Assembly: GCA_965223335.1 (NCBI GenBank)
Contig: OZ244991.1
Span: 896,001 to 960,000 of the forward strand
Length of the DNA stretch: 64,000 nt
Direction: 5' to 3'
From: Thermodesulfobacteriota bacterium
GTDB taxonomy: Bacteria > Desulfobacterota_D > UBA1144 > Nemesobacterales > UBA2774
Part shown: positions 38,692 to 49,356 of the stretch, in pieces
How the letters are laid out: every line of letters begins with the position of its first letter
How positions within the stretch are numbered: the stretch's first letter is position 1
Program-made: the position numbers and the translations under genes
The notes under the pieces: generated by a model
Seen by the model: only the letters and a program-made list of their open reading frames with translations
The model's database searches: none
What the model was told of the DNA's origin: nothing

Positions 38692-39555
38692 TTGATCAAC
38701 ATAGTTTTACCCGTGTTCCTGATTACAGCACTTGGGTTTGTGTTCGGCAGGTTTAAAAAAATCAATCTAAGCGCCATAAACGAGTTCGTAATCTACGCTG
38801 CGACACCCGCTTTGATCCTCTCCTCTCTCGCCGATGATCCCATCGATATCTCGCTTGCCGGCAAGGTATTTACAGCGGTTGTTATTATAATCGGCATAGC
38901 ATCTGTAATCGGTTATCTAATCATCAAAAACAGGGGCCTTTCAAACAGGGTATTTCTGCCCCCAGTGCTATTTGCCAACACCGGCAATATGGGTCTTCCT
39001 CTCGTGTTCTTTGCATTTGGCGAGAGGGGCTTCGATATCGGTATCCTCTACATGGTATCGACCACTTTCATCCATTACACATACGGCATATGGATACTAA
39101 ACGCCAGTAGAAACCCGGTTGAGATCCTAAAGTTACCCCTTATATATGCTACTGTAGCAGGTGTGGCAATAAGTGTGTCGGGATGGGAGATGCCCGTCTA
39201 TGTGGCAAGGGGAGTGGACCTTCTGGGCGAGGCCAGCATCCCCACCATGATATTTGCGCTTGGGTATAAGCTCTCCGAAATTAAGCTCCACCACATCGCC
39301 AGGTCGATTTTCTTCGGCGGGCTTAGGATTGGACTTGGACTAATGCTAGGCGTTTTAGTTGTGATGGCGCTAAAAATCGACGGTCTTGCGGCAAAGGTCG
39401 TTATACTCCAAGCAGCCATGCCCCCGGCGATATTCAACTTTGTCCTGGCAGACAAGTTTAAACAGGACTCACGAGAGGTCGCATCGATCATACTCGCCGG
39501 CACCCTGATCTCACTTGTCACCACTCCTCTGATACTCGCATACCTTTTGGAATAA
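38692..39555 (+). CDS. AEC (auxin efflux carrier)-family transporter
   Basis: PALI, NTGNMGLP, QAAMPPA; about 10 TM helices. Confidence 0.9.
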   Translation: MINIVLPVFLITALGFVFGRFKKINLSAINEFVIYAATPALILSSLADDPIDISLAGKVFTAVVIIIGIASVIGYLIIKNRGLSNRVFLPPVLFANTGNMGLPLVFFAFGERGFDIGILYMVSTTFIHYTYGIWILNASRNPVEILKLPLIYATVAGVAISVSGWEMPVYVARGVDLLGEASIPTMIFALGYKLSEIKLHHIARSIFFGGLRIGLGLMLGVLVVMALKIDGLAAKVVILQAAMPPAIFNFVLADKFKQDSREVASIILAGTLISLVTTPLILAYLLE

Positions 39556-39564
39556 GTGACCCGT

Positions 39565-40515
39565 TTATTCCACGCAGTCGACTTTAAACATCGGGACCCC
39601 GCCGCCATGAAACTCGGTGTTATACAAAAACCCCCTACCACCATTTAAGTATGCCACACTCTCCTGTTGGGGTAATAACTCCAACTGTACATTGTCATAG
39701 TCTTTGCCGCTGGTCATTTCTGAAATCGGTTTGATGAGACCATTCGACAGATCGATATTAAATACAATCGCGTCTTCATAGGTAAGCAACACAAAGCTTT
39801 TCCCGTCGGGCGATATGTCAAGTGAGCTTGCTACTTTGCCAAAGACCGTACTATGCGGTTGCAACGAGGGTATATCCAGTTTTCCTATTGACTGGGCTTC
39901 TATCACCTGCCCATTGCTCTTTTGCCACAGTTCGCTTTTTATCTTGAATATCTCCGAGGGAAAAGCCTTACCCTTGTTCAGGTCCTCTTCCTTGGTTGCT
40001 ATGTAAATATCGCCGTTGGGATGCACCGCCACACCCTCCGCATTCCTTGGGCCTCCGGGGTAGCGGATCTTAAGCACCTGATACGGCTGTATCGAATTCG
40101 GGTATTCATTTTTCTCGTCAATCACAATGATCTGTACATATTTCCTACGTTTGCCGTTATCACCGATATCCCCTATAAAGAGACAGCTCTTAGTGTTTCC
40201 ACAGGGCCCAATACTCAGATCCTCAAAGTCAGATCCCTTGGACGCATAATCCTTGATACGTATTTTCTTTGTATTTTGCCCTTTTGTGTCCGTTGTATAA
40301 AAATACGGACCCCCGCCGGAATCGTTTATATGATAGAGCCTGTCACTGAACGTGCTAGAGACCTCTAACCCACTCGCCTCGTTTATAATTTCGGGATTTA
40401 GCTCCCCTACCTTTACGGCTTTCGCCCACTCCCCACAACTCATAGCACCTACGTTTACTGGCAAGAGCATCGTTAAAAAGATTGCTATATAGAACAGATT
40501 TGAGATGATTTTAAT
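39565..40515 (-). CDS. Secreted beta-propeller-like protein (probable ATT start)
   Basis: EASGL, INDSGG, DFEDL, GDIGDN, NAEG, QQESVA motifs; the signal peptide is complete only if translation starts at ATT 40515. Confidence 0.7.
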   Translation of the reverse strand: MKIISNLFYIAIFLTMLLPVNVGAMSCGEWAKAVKVGELNPEIINEASGLEVSSTFSDRLYHINDSGGGPYFYTTDTKGQNTKKIRIKDYASKGSDFEDLSIGPCGNTKSCLFIGDIGDNGKRRKYVQIIVIDEKNEYPNSIQPYQVLKIRYPGGPRNAEGVAVHPNGDIYIATKEEDLNKGKAFPSEIFKIKSELWQKSNGQVIEAQSIGKLDIPSLQPHSTVFGKVASSLDISPDGKSFVLLTYEDAIVFNIDLSNGLIKPISEMTSGKDYDNVQLELLPQQESVAYLNGGRGFLYNTEFHGGGVPMFKVDCVE

Positions 40516-40630
40516 TTGTATATCTCCTATTATGGCAAGAGTAATCTAACTAATATAAATTTTACCTATATCATATATCAGGCAAAATAGAGATTCATAC
40601 TTAAGAATAGTAAGTAGGATCGCACCCTAA

Positions 40631-41917
40631 ATGTCTAGCGAAAAAATCACTGGCCAAAACGGCCCGCTCCGCGGAGAGATCAGCCCCCCTGGGGATAAGT
40701 CAATATCGCACCGCTCTCTTTTAATCGGCTCAATTGCCGAGGGGAGGACCACTGTAACAGGGTTCCTAAACTGTGAAGATACCCTATCGAGTGCAAACGC
40801 TATGCGAAGCCTTGGTATACCCATCGATATTATTAATGACCGCGTTATCATCGAGGGCAGGGGCTTACGAGGACTAACCGGCTATGACGGAGTTATAGAC
40901 GCTGGCAATTCAGGCACTACCGCACGACTCCTGACAGGCCTGCTAAGCCCTCAGAGTTTCGACTCACAGATCACCGGAGATAAGTACTTGCGGGCAAGGC
41001 CCATGAGTAGAGTCGTCACACCTCTCTCGCTCATGGGTGCCAGGATAAACGGCGAGGAGAACGACAATAAACTACCGCTAAGAATAGAGGGCACGCCGCT
41101 ACGCGCAATAACCTACGAACTCCCTGTGGCAAGTGCCCAGGTAAAATCCGCAATACTCCTAGCAGGGCTATACGCAGAGGGCCAAACCGTGGTTGTAGAG
41201 CCCTCTAAGTCGAGAGACCACACTGAGAGGATGCTAAGCTCAATGGGGGACACGCTTAAGGTCGAGAATAACACCATAACACTAGAGACAACCGACAGTT
41301 TAAAAGCGGTGGATATATCCGTGCCGGGTGATATCTCCTCTGCGGCTTTTTATATTGTAGGCGCTCTTATAAATAAGAACTCCGAGTTATTGATTAAAAA
41401 TGTCGGGTTAAACGAGCTTCGCACTGGTGTCTTAGACGTATTAAAGGACATGGGGGCAGACATAAACACTATAAATACAAAAACTCTCAATAACGAGCCG
41501 GTAGGTGACCTACTGGTAAAGTCGAGCAATTTAAAAGCCACGGTGATAGACGGTGATACCATACCACGTGCTATTGATGAACTGCCTGTAATCGCTGTCG
41601 CAGCGTGTTTTGCCGAGGGCAAAACGGTCATAAAAGACGCTCGAGAGCTTAGGGTAAAGGAGACCGACCGCATAGAGGCAATATCCACAGAATTAAACAA
41701 ACTGGGTGGCGAAGTAGAGGAGTTTGAAGACGGTATGTCCATTACCGGCACAGGTGAACTTAGGGGTGCGACATGTTCGAGCAGGGGTGACCACAGAATC
41801 GCAATGGCAATGGCTGTTGCAGCCACAGCTGCCGTGGGCGACACAGTCATAGAAGGGGCAGAGGCTGTTTCAGTGTCATATCCCAATTTCTTCAATGATT
41901 TAAAAAGCTTACGCTAG
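40631..41917 (+). CDS. aroA: 3-phosphoshikimate 1-carboxyvinyltransferase
   Basis: PGDKSISHR, GNSGT, SAQVKSA, RDHTE, KETDRI, DHRIAM. Confidence 0.97.
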   Translation: MSSEKITGQNGPLRGEISPPGDKSISHRSLLIGSIAEGRTTVTGFLNCEDTLSSANAMRSLGIPIDIINDRVIIEGRGLRGLTGYDGVIDAGNSGTTARLLTGLLSPQSFDSQITGDKYLRARPMSRVVTPLSLMGARINGEENDNKLPLRIEGTPLRAITYELPVASAQVKSAILLAGLYAEGQTVVVEPSKSRDHTERMLSSMGDTLKVENNTITLETTDSLKAVDISVPGDISSAAFYIVGALINKNSELLIKNVGLNELRTGVLDVLKDMGADINTINTKTLNNEPVGDLLVKSSNLKATVIDGDTIPRAIDELPVIAVAACFAEGKTVIKDARELRVKETDRIEAISTELNKLGGEVEEFEDGMSITGTGELRGATCSSRGDHRIAMAMAVAATAAVGDTVIEGAEAVSVSYPNFFNDLKSLR

Positions 41918-41965
41918 CTCTACACGGAACATTTTGCCAATGCAGCTCGATACTATAATCCGATC

Positions 41966-42658
41966 ATGTCTACTATGAACAAGGGAATTATTATAACAAT
42001 CGACGGGCCCGCTGGAGTGGGTAAAAGCACCGTAGCTAAAGAGCTTGCAAAAAGCCTGTCATTGCTATACCTAGACACTGGTGCCATGTACCGAGCCCTT
42101 GCCCTCGCAATAGAGCGACAATCCACCGACATCCGCGACCCCACACAACTCGACAAACTCTTGTCGGACACTGAGATCCAAATCCTAAACGACGATGATA
42201 AAAACGCAGTTGTGATGCTCAACAACGACGATGTCTCGGCTCTTATAAGGACAGAGTCGATATCTAAACTTGCCTCTGACATAGCTACAATAAAAACAGT
42301 CCGCGAAGCGCTTGTCTCCATACAGCGCAAGATCGGGCTTAACCGTAATATCGTAGCCGAGGGCAGGGATATGGGCACCAGGGTGTTCCCCGACGCGGAT
42401 TATAAGTTCTACCTGGACGCAAACCCCCACGAGAGGGCTCTCAGACGATACGCTCAGATCAAGGAAAGTGGCGACGAAATAGAGCTTAAAACCGTTGAAA
42501 CCGAACTAAAATCACGAGATAAACGCGACAGAACACGCAGTGAATCTCCCTTGCATCCGGCCCCGAATGCGGTAATAATAGATACTACAGAGATAGCGGC
42601 CAATGCGGTAATCGATAAGATAATTGATACTATCAAATCTAGAGAGTTAGCCGATTGA
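41966..42658 (+). CDS. cmk: Cytidylate kinase
   Basis: IDGPAGVGKST, DTGAMYR, EGRDMGT.VFPDA. Confidence 0.97.
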   Translation: MSTMNKGIIITIDGPAGVGKSTVAKELAKSLSLLYLDTGAMYRALALAIERQSTDIRDPTQLDKLLSDTEIQILNDDDKNAVVMLNNDDVSALIRTESISKLASDIATIKTVREALVSIQRKIGLNRNIVAEGRDMGTRVFPDADYKFYLDANPHERALRRYAQIKESGDEIELKTVETELKSRDKRDRTRSESPLHPAPNAVIIDTTEIAANAVIDKIIDTIKSRELAD

Positions 42659-42714
42659 GTCTACGGTAGCAGCTTTACCACAATATCAAAATACAGATAA
42701 TTCAAAAGGCCATC

Positions 42715-44400
42715 ATGGAAGAAAACAAAAATTTTGCGGATCTTGTAGATGAAACCATTAACGTCCCCCAGACAGGCAGGGTGATCAAGGGTGTAGTGGT
42801 AAGTTACGATAAGGATGTTGTATTCATCGACTTCGGGTCTAAATCCGAGGGTGTAGCACCTATTGCCGAGTTCTATGGCAAATCGGGCGAGCTCGAAGTA
42901 GAGGTGGGTGACGAGGTAGAGGTGTTGATAGAGCAGTGGCAGGGGGGACTACCGAGGCTGTCTAAAAATAAAGCCGATATGCTAAAGGAAACAGATCGTT
43001 TAAAAAAACACTTTGATTCCGGCGAATTAATCTCTGTAAACATTCTAGAAAAAGTAAAAGGCGGGCTCATAGCAGACATAGGCGAAAACATAAAAATCAG
43101 GGCTTTTTTACCCGCCTCGCAAATCGATATACGACCCACCTCGGATCTAGACAGCATGATAGGCAAAGATCTTGAGGTAAGGATTATTAAGCTCGCCAAT
43201 AATGACGTGGTTGTATCCCGCAGAGCATTTTTAGAAGAAGAGCGCGAATCCACCAGAAAAGAGACTTTGGCCACCTTAGAGGTTGGCAAACTCCTATCGG
43301 GCAAGGTCATAAAGATTATCGATCAAGGGATCTTCGTTGATATCGGGGGCATTGAGGGTTTTGTGCCTATAAGTGAGCTCTCGTGGGGTAGGATCAAACA
43401 CCCGAGCGATGTTGTTTCCGAGGGCAGCGATATCGATACCAAAGTACTAAATATCGAGAATGAAAACAGAATCACATTGAGCTACAAGGATACGATTGAT
43501 GACCCCTGGCTCACCACGAAAGATAAATACCAAGTAGGCTCTACAATATCGGGCAAGGTAGTATCGTTAACCGATTTCGGTGTATTTGTAGAGCTTGAAC
43601 AGGGGATCGAGGGCCTTGTACACATCTCAGAGATCACATGGACCAAGAGGTTCAAACACCCAAAGGAGATCGTCGACCCCGGCAGCACCGTAGAATGCAT
43701 TGTGCTCGACGTCGATACCGAGAAAAAGCGGATCTCCCTTAGTCTCCGCCAAATCGAGCCCAGCCCTTGGGCAACGTTTAAGGAAGAAAACCCCCAGGGC
43801 ACAAGGATTACGGGCAAAATCGTTAATGTTACCGACAAGGGTATTTTTGTTGAGGTAGCCCAGGATCTCGTAGGTTTAGTAAGACCTGATAACATTGAGT
43901 GGAAAGGCAGAGTAAACCCCCAGGAGAGCTATAAAACAGGGGACGAGATCGAGGTAGTAGTGCTCAACACCGACGTCGCTGGCCAGAGGATCGGTCTTGG
44001 GGTAAAGCAGCTTACCAACGATCCCTGGGACGATGCTACAAAGAACTACAAGAAAGGTGACACGGCTCTAAAGGGAACTGTAAAAGAGATAAAAGACAGA
44101 GGGGTAGTGCTTGACCTTGAAAATGACATAGAGGGTTATATAAGACTTTCCGAGCTTACAGACGACAGAAACATCACAGACCCTTCAAAGATTGTAGATA
44201 TTGGTGAAGAGATCACAGCTCTGGTAACGGGGTTCGAAAGGAGATCTCGACAGGTCAATCTGAGTAAAACGAAATACGAGGTATGGATGGAAAAACAGCG
44301 TGTTTCAGATTTCATCTCTTCCCAGGGCGATTCGGCGGCCAAGTTAGGAGACCTTCTGTCCGAAAAATTAAAATCCATCAACAAAGACGAGGTCCTATAG
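42715..44400 (+). CDS. rpsA: 30S ribosomal protein S1
   Basis: Six S1 repeats, KSEG, FLPASQID, GIEGLVHISEITW. Confidence 0.96.
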   Translation: MEENKNFADLVDETINVPQTGRVIKGVVVSYDKDVVFIDFGSKSEGVAPIAEFYGKSGELEVEVGDEVEVLIEQWQGGLPRLSKNKADMLKETDRLKKHFDSGELISVNILEKVKGGLIADIGENIKIRAFLPASQIDIRPTSDLDSMIGKDLEVRIIKLANNDVVVSRRAFLEEERESTRKETLATLEVGKLLSGKVIKIIDQGIFVDIGGIEGFVPISELSWGRIKHPSDVVSEGSDIDTKVLNIENENRITLSYKDTIDDPWLTTKDKYQVGSTISGKVVSLTDFGVFVELEQGIEGLVHISEITWTKRFKHPKEIVDPGSTVECIVLDVDTEKKRISLSLRQIEPSPWATFKEENPQGTRITGKIVNVTDKGIFVEVAQDLVGLVRPDNIEWKGRVNPQESYKTGDEIEVVVLNTDVAGQRIGLGVKQLTNDPWDDATKNYKKGDTALKGTVKEIKDRGVVLDLENDIEGYIRLSELTDDRNITDPSKIVDIGEEITALVTGFERRSRQVNLSKTKYEVWMEKQRVSDFISSQGDSAAKLGDLLSEKLKSINKDEVL

Positions 44401-44402
44401 AT

Positions 44403-45284
44403 TTGAGGGGTTTTCTTCTTGCCATAGTAATAACCATTCTTTTAATTTTCACTTTCATAGCTGGTATGGGTTGTGGTGTAATGATCTCGGGTGACGATGG
44501 GTTTTCCCCTGGGGAAAAGGTTGCGGTACTTAGGATTAATGATGTGATCCTCGAGTCCCAGACCTATCTGGACAGCATATCCAAAATAAGGGACGACTCC
44601 CATATCAAGGCTGTAGTTGTAAGGATTAACTCCCCGGGCGGTGCTGTGGGCCCGTCACAAGAGATTTACAGCGAACTAAAACAACTCCGCGAGGAAAAAC
44701 CTGTGATCTCAAGCCTGGGCTCGGTGGGAGCATCGGGAGGCTACTACATAGCCTGTGCCACAGAGAAGATATACGCCAACCCTGGCACCATCACAGGCAG
44801 CATCGGTGTTATAGCCCAGTTCGCAAGCTACGAGAAGCTGCTGGAATGGGCAAAAGTGGACGTAGAGGTAATTAAAAGCGGCGAATTCAAGGACGTAGGC
44901 TCACCGTTTAGAGAGATGAACCAAACGGACAAAGACTATATTCAGAGTCTCATCGATAATGTGCACACACAGTTTAAAGACGCAGTGGCCGAGTGTCGTA
45001 ATCTAAAAAAGGAACAGGTTGCAGAGATTGCCGACGGCAAAATCTTCACCGGTGAACAGGCCAAAAAATTAAAGCTTATCGACGATCTCGGGACTATTAA
45101 CGACGCGGTATCTCTTGCCGCAAAGCGGGGCGGTATAGAGGGCAAACCCAAGCTCATATACTACCCCAAGAGAAAATCCCCACTTTTAGATATACTCTAT
45201 TCAAAACTAGACTATAGCGGGCTTAGCAGAATACCTAAGAAAACAGGCTTCGGCCTATATTACTTGGTAAATATTATAAACTGA
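44403..45284 (+). CDS. sppA: Signal peptide peptidase SppA (short type)
   Basis: RINSPGG, ASGGYY, TGSIGV, KSGEFKD; TTG 44403 right after the rpsA stop. Confidence 0.93.
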   Translation: MRGFLLAIVITILLIFTFIAGMGCGVMISGDDGFSPGEKVAVLRINDVILESQTYLDSISKIRDDSHIKAVVVRINSPGGAVGPSQEIYSELKQLREEKPVISSLGSVGASGGYYIACATEKIYANPGTITGSIGVIAQFASYEKLLEWAKVDVEVIKSGEFKDVGSPFREMNQTDKDYIQSLIDNVHTQFKDAVAECRNLKKEQVAEIADGKIFTGEQAKKLKLIDDLGTINDAVSLAAKRGGIEGKPKLIYYPKRKSPLLDILYSKLDYSGLSRIPKKTGFGLYYLVNIIN

Positions 45285-45286
45285 TA

Positions 45287-45772
45287 ATGAAAGTGCTATG
45301 GGCTCCCTGGAGAATCGAATACATAACAGCCAAGAAAGACGAGGGATGTGTATTTTGCTCCGCATCCAACCAAGACGATGACAAAAAGAATCTCATACTC
45401 TATAAAGGCGAGACCTGTTTCATAATTATGAACCGATACCCCTATTCCAACGGACACCTGATGGCAGTACCCTACCGTCACACTAGCGATCTAAGAGAGC
45501 TCGGGGACTCTGAGCGTCTGGAGCTGATTAACCTCACAGGCAAGTGCCTGGATATCTTGAATGCCATAAACCCCGACGGTTACAATCTTGGAATGAATAT
45601 CGGCCGCGAGGCAGGCGCTGGGATAGACGACCACCTACATTTTCACATCGTCCCCAGGTGGAGCGGCGACACCAATTTTATGCCCCTATTAGCCGACACA
45701 AAGATTATGCCCGAATATTTGGAATCGACTTATGATACACTATTGGCAGAACTAAAAAATATTGAGAGGTGA
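45287..45772 (+). CDS. HIT-family hydrolase
   Basis: LWAPWR, CVFC, NRYPY..GH, HLHFHIVPRW. Confidence 0.94.
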   Translation: MKVLWAPWRIEYITAKKDEGCVFCSASNQDDDKKNLILYKGETCFIIMNRYPYSNGHLMAVPYRHTSDLRELGDSERLELINLTGKCLDILNAINPDGYNLGMNIGREAGAGIDDHLHFHIVPRWSGDTNFMPLLADTKIMPEYLESTYDTLLAELKNIER

Positions 45773-45775
45773 TAA

Positions 45776-46159
45776 ATGAGATTTATTAAAATCATAATAG
45801 TAATCCTTATAATCATACTGTTTGCTATTATCTATACACAGAACATAGATGTATTCACGCATACATTCGAGGTAAAGCTCGATCTCAAAAACTATATGGT
45901 CGGCCCGTATCTAACTAAAAACATTGTTTTAATACTCTCCGCGTTTGCACTCGGTGGAGTGGTCACCCTTATTTTCGGGGCCATGCAGTCGATCTCTGCA
46001 AAATCCGAGCTAAAAAGCATAAAACGACGGGTAAGGGAACTAGAGGCCGATAACCAAAGACTTAGTGAGCAATCCCATCATCACGAGCACACCGAGCCCG
46101 AGGCCGAAGAATCCTCATCCGGCACAAGCCCCTTTGCACCGCCATCTGATGACGATTGA
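45776..46159 (+). CDS. LapA/DUF1049-like membrane protein
   Basis: TM-QN-beta-TM-coiled-coil layout in the usual rpsA-sppA-HIT context. Confidence 0.65.
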   Translation: MRFIKIIIVILIIILFAIIYTQNIDVFTHTFEVKLDLKNYMVGPYLTKNIVLILSAFALGGVVTLIFGAMQSISAKSELKSIKRRVRELEADNQRLSEQSHHHEHTEPEAEESSSGTSPFAPPSDDD

Positions 46160-46222
46160 GCTCCCATACAGCGGATCATATAAGTTTAGTGACAGATGGC
46201 AATATTGTATTACAATATTGTT

Positions 46223-47149
46223 ATGCATCTCTCACGTAAGCCACGCTGGATAAAAGCAAAACTCCCCGGGGGACCCAACTATAACCTGCTTAGATCGCTT
46301 ACAAAGGATCTTGAGCTAAACACGGTATGCCAGGAAGCCAAATGCCCCAATATCGGCGAGTGCTGGAATTCGGGCACACTCACATTCATGATTCTCGGCG
46401 ATACATGTACCAGGAGCTGCGGGTTCTGCCATGTAACAACCGGCCGGGGTGCCGAGATTGACTGGCAAGAACCGCTTCGGGTCGCACAAGCAGTAAACAC
46501 ACTAAAGAACAATAACGCTCACTTAAAACACATAGTGATCACATCTGTTAACAGGGACGATAAAAATCTTGAGAGTGCCGAACTGTTTGCAGAAACCATA
46601 AAAAGGGTAAGGGAACTAAATCCTGAGGTTAAGATAGAGGTGCTCATACCCGACTTTAAAGGCGATAGAAACGCGTTACTACGAGTGCTCGAGGCCAAGC
46701 CGGACGTATTAAACCACAACATAGAGACCGTCCCCAGGCTCTACACCGAGCTCCAGCCCACAAGCTCGGGGAAACAAAGAGCGGTACGCCCCCAGGCCAG
46801 GTACGAGTGGTCCCTCGAAGTCCTTCGCAACAGCCGAGCGGACGGCCACAGAGAAATATTGACTAAAACAGGCTTAATGGTGGGCGTGGGTGAAGAGCTT
46901 GAAGAAGTCGTTGATACACTCCGAGACCTAAAGAACATAGAGTGCGATATAGTATCGATCGGTCAGTATCTACAGCCTACAAAGCACCATATAGAGGTAT
47001 CTAAATTTTATCATCCGCTTGAGTTCGAGTCTCTTAAATCCTACGGCGAAAAGATAATCGGCATCCCTCACATAGAAGCAGGCCCACTGGTCAGAAGCTC
47101 CTACCACGCCGATAAACAGGTTTCCGGTATTGAAAGCAACCACCTCTAA
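46223..47149 (+). CDS. lipA: Lipoyl synthase
   Basis: CQEAKCPNIGEC, CTRSCGFC, RSSYHA. Confidence 0.97.
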   Translation: MHLSRKPRWIKAKLPGGPNYNLLRSLTKDLELNTVCQEAKCPNIGECWNSGTLTFMILGDTCTRSCGFCHVTTGRGAEIDWQEPLRVAQAVNTLKNNNAHLKHIVITSVNRDDKNLESAELFAETIKRVRELNPEVKIEVLIPDFKGDRNALLRVLEAKPDVLNHNIETVPRLYTELQPTSSGKQRAVRPQARYEWSLEVLRNSRADGHREILTKTGLMVGVGEELEEVVDTLRDLKNIECDIVSIGQYLQPTKHHIEVSKFYHPLEFESLKSYGEKIIGIPHIEAGPLVRSSYHADKQVSGIESNHL

Positions 47150-47243
47150 TAATTTAATCTTCCATGACCATAAAGTGCGGTAATTGATTAGTTGAAGCAT
47201 CCGCACCTTGATTATTCCGTCCCAGCATTTAACCTCTTTGCCT

Positions 47244-48449
47244 ATGAAATACGTAATCCTCCAGGGTGACGGCATGCCGGATCATCCGCTTGATGTGCTC
47301 GAAGGCAAAACCCCGCTCGAGGCAGCGTCCACACCCAACCTGGATCTAATTGCCAAGAGTGCAATAAAATTCGGTATGGTAAAAACCATCCCCGACAACC
47401 TCCCCCCGGGGAGCGACGTGGGGAACCTCACTGTTTTAGGCTACGACCCCAACAAGTACTATACGGGACGCTCCCCGCTTGAAGCCGCCAGCATGGGTGT
47501 CGAGATCGGGCCCACAGACGTCACGCTCAGGTGTAACCTGGTCACACTCACCCCGGAGGGCGACACAACCGTCATGGAAGACTACAGCGCCGGTCATATA
47601 ACGAGCGAAGAAGCGGCCCAACTTATAAGCGCTATAAAACAGGGACTTGATAACGAGGCGTTTACTTTCCATCCGGGGGTCAGTTACCGCCACCTTTTAG
47701 TCTGGCGCAACGGCAACACCGATATTACCACAACACCCCCACACGATATCTCCGGTAAGGATATAAGCACACACCTGCCAAGCGGTAACGGTGCCGAGAA
47801 ATTAAACGAACTTATAGAGAGATCAATACAGATACTAGCCACCCACCCTGTGAACAAAGCAAGGGTTCAGGCAGGCAAAAACCCGGCTTCGAGCATCTGG
47901 CTTTGGGGCGAGGGTACGGCACCCAAAATGCCCTCGTTCAAAGAGCTCTACAACCTAAGCGGCTCTGTTATCTCGGCTGTGGACCTGGTTAAAGGCATTG
48001 GACACTACGCCAAGTTGAAAGTCATAGATGTCCCCGGTGCAACGGGCTACCTGGACACAAACTACGAAGGTAAGGTTGAGTACGCACTAAACTCGCTTGA
48101 TGAAGTGGACCTCACCATGATCCACATAGAATCTACAGATGAGACCGGCCACGTGGGTAAAGCCGACCTAAAAATAACCGCCATCGAAGACTTCGACAGC
48201 AGGGTAGTGGGCCCGGTGCTGGCAGGCATCCACAGGTTTGAGGATTATAGAATCCTTGTGATGTCCGACCACCCAACCCCCATAGACCTAAGAACCCATG
48301 TAAACGAACCCGTACCGTTTGCTATCTATAGCTCGGCCGACCTGAGTACAAAAAACAAATCCTATGTGTATTCAGAAAAATCTGCCAGTGGGACCTCCGT
48401 GTTTGTAGACGAGGGATGGAAACTTTTACAAATGTTTCTGGATAGTTAA
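47244..48449 (+). CDS. apgM: Cofactor-independent phosphoglycerate mutase, archaeal-type ApgM family
   Basis: GDGM.D, PGSDVGN, GR.PLEA, DE.GH, SDHPTP...TH. Confidence 0.88.
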   Translation: MKYVILQGDGMPDHPLDVLEGKTPLEAASTPNLDLIAKSAIKFGMVKTIPDNLPPGSDVGNLTVLGYDPNKYYTGRSPLEAASMGVEIGPTDVTLRCNLVTLTPEGDTTVMEDYSAGHITSEEAAQLISAIKQGLDNEAFTFHPGVSYRHLLVWRNGNTDITTTPPHDISGKDISTHLPSGNGAEKLNELIERSIQILATHPVNKARVQAGKNPASSIWLWGEGTAPKMPSFKELYNLSGSVISAVDLVKGIGHYAKLKVIDVPGATGYLDTNYEGKVEYALNSLDEVDLTMIHIESTDETGHVGKADLKITAIEDFDSRVVGPVLAGIHRFEDYRILVMSDHPTPIDLRTHVNEPVPFAIYSSADLSTKNKSYVYSEKSASGTSVFVDEGWKLLQMFLDS

Positions 48450-48481
48450 CGTTATGACAGCTTACTGATCAAGTAAACTTA

Positions 48482-49249
48482 CTAGCCTTTAGACTTAACC
48501 TCTTCCCAGAGTTCCTCCATCTCCTGAGAAGTAAGTTCTGATAGTGCAGTACCCCGCTGCTCGGCTAATAACTCGATCCTGCTAAAGCGCTCTATAAACT
48601 TGTCTACGGCACAATGTGATGCACTTTCTGCGTCTATTCCCAGATGCCGGCTCAGGTTTACGAGTGAGAATACCAAGTCACCCCACTCCCTCTCGATCCC
48701 GTCTTTATTATTAGTTTCGATCTCTCTTTGGAGCTCACCCAGCTCCTCACGCACCTTATCCATTACCTCCCCAGCCCCCTGCCAGTCGAACCCGACCTGA
48801 GATGCCTTTTCCCCAACCCTTTTAGCCCTAAGCAATGACGGCATCGATCTCGGGATATTGAGCAGTGTACGCTTTCGGGTTTTTTCCTTAAGCTTGGTCT
48901 CATGCCACCTCTTTACAGCCTGTTCTGCGTTTTGGGCCCTTTCCTCCCCAAACACATGAGGGTGTCTCCTAACGAGTTTCTCGTGCAACTGGTCCACGAC
49001 TTCATCAATCCCAAAACCCCCCTCACTCGATGCGATTTCGGCCGCAAATACAACCTGATACAACAGATCCCCCAACTCCTCCACCAACTCTTCGGAATCG
49101 TTGGATTCAATTGCCTCGATCACCTCGTAGGTCTCCTCAAGCATATATGTTTTTAGAGTATGCAGAGTCTGCTCCCTATCCCAGGGGCACCCCTCGGGTC
49201 CCATCAATATTTTTGAGAGTTCTACTAAATCTTGAAAACTTTTTTTCAT
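48482..49249 (-). CDS. mazG: Nucleoside triphosphate pyrophosphohydrolase MazG
   Basis: GCPWDREQT, EETYEV, EELGDLL, RRHPHVF, GFDW. Confidence 0.96.
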   Translation of the reverse strand: MKKSFQDLVELSKILMGPEGCPWDREQTLHTLKTYMLEETYEVIEAIESNDSEELVEELGDLLYQVVFAAEIASSEGGFGIDEVVDQLHEKLVRRHPHVFGEERAQNAEQAVKRWHETKLKEKTRKRTLLNIPRSMPSLLRAKRVGEKASQVGFDWQGAGEVMDKVREELGELQREIETNNKDGIEREWGDLVFSLVNLSRHLGIDAESASHCAVDKFIERFSRIELLAEQRGTALSELTSQEMEELWEEVKSKG

Positions 49250-49356
49250 TTTATTATTCCCAGCTATATGATTAATTGTGATATACGATTAGAATGTATC
49301 TTACTAGCGTGTAAATGTGAAACTCCGAGACTGATACCGACTGACAAGGGAAGCAT

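Noticed and set aside
44283..44402. N-terminal extension of sppA overlapping rpsA
   Set aside because: TTG 44403 directly after the rpsA stop gives a normal TM-anchored SppA.
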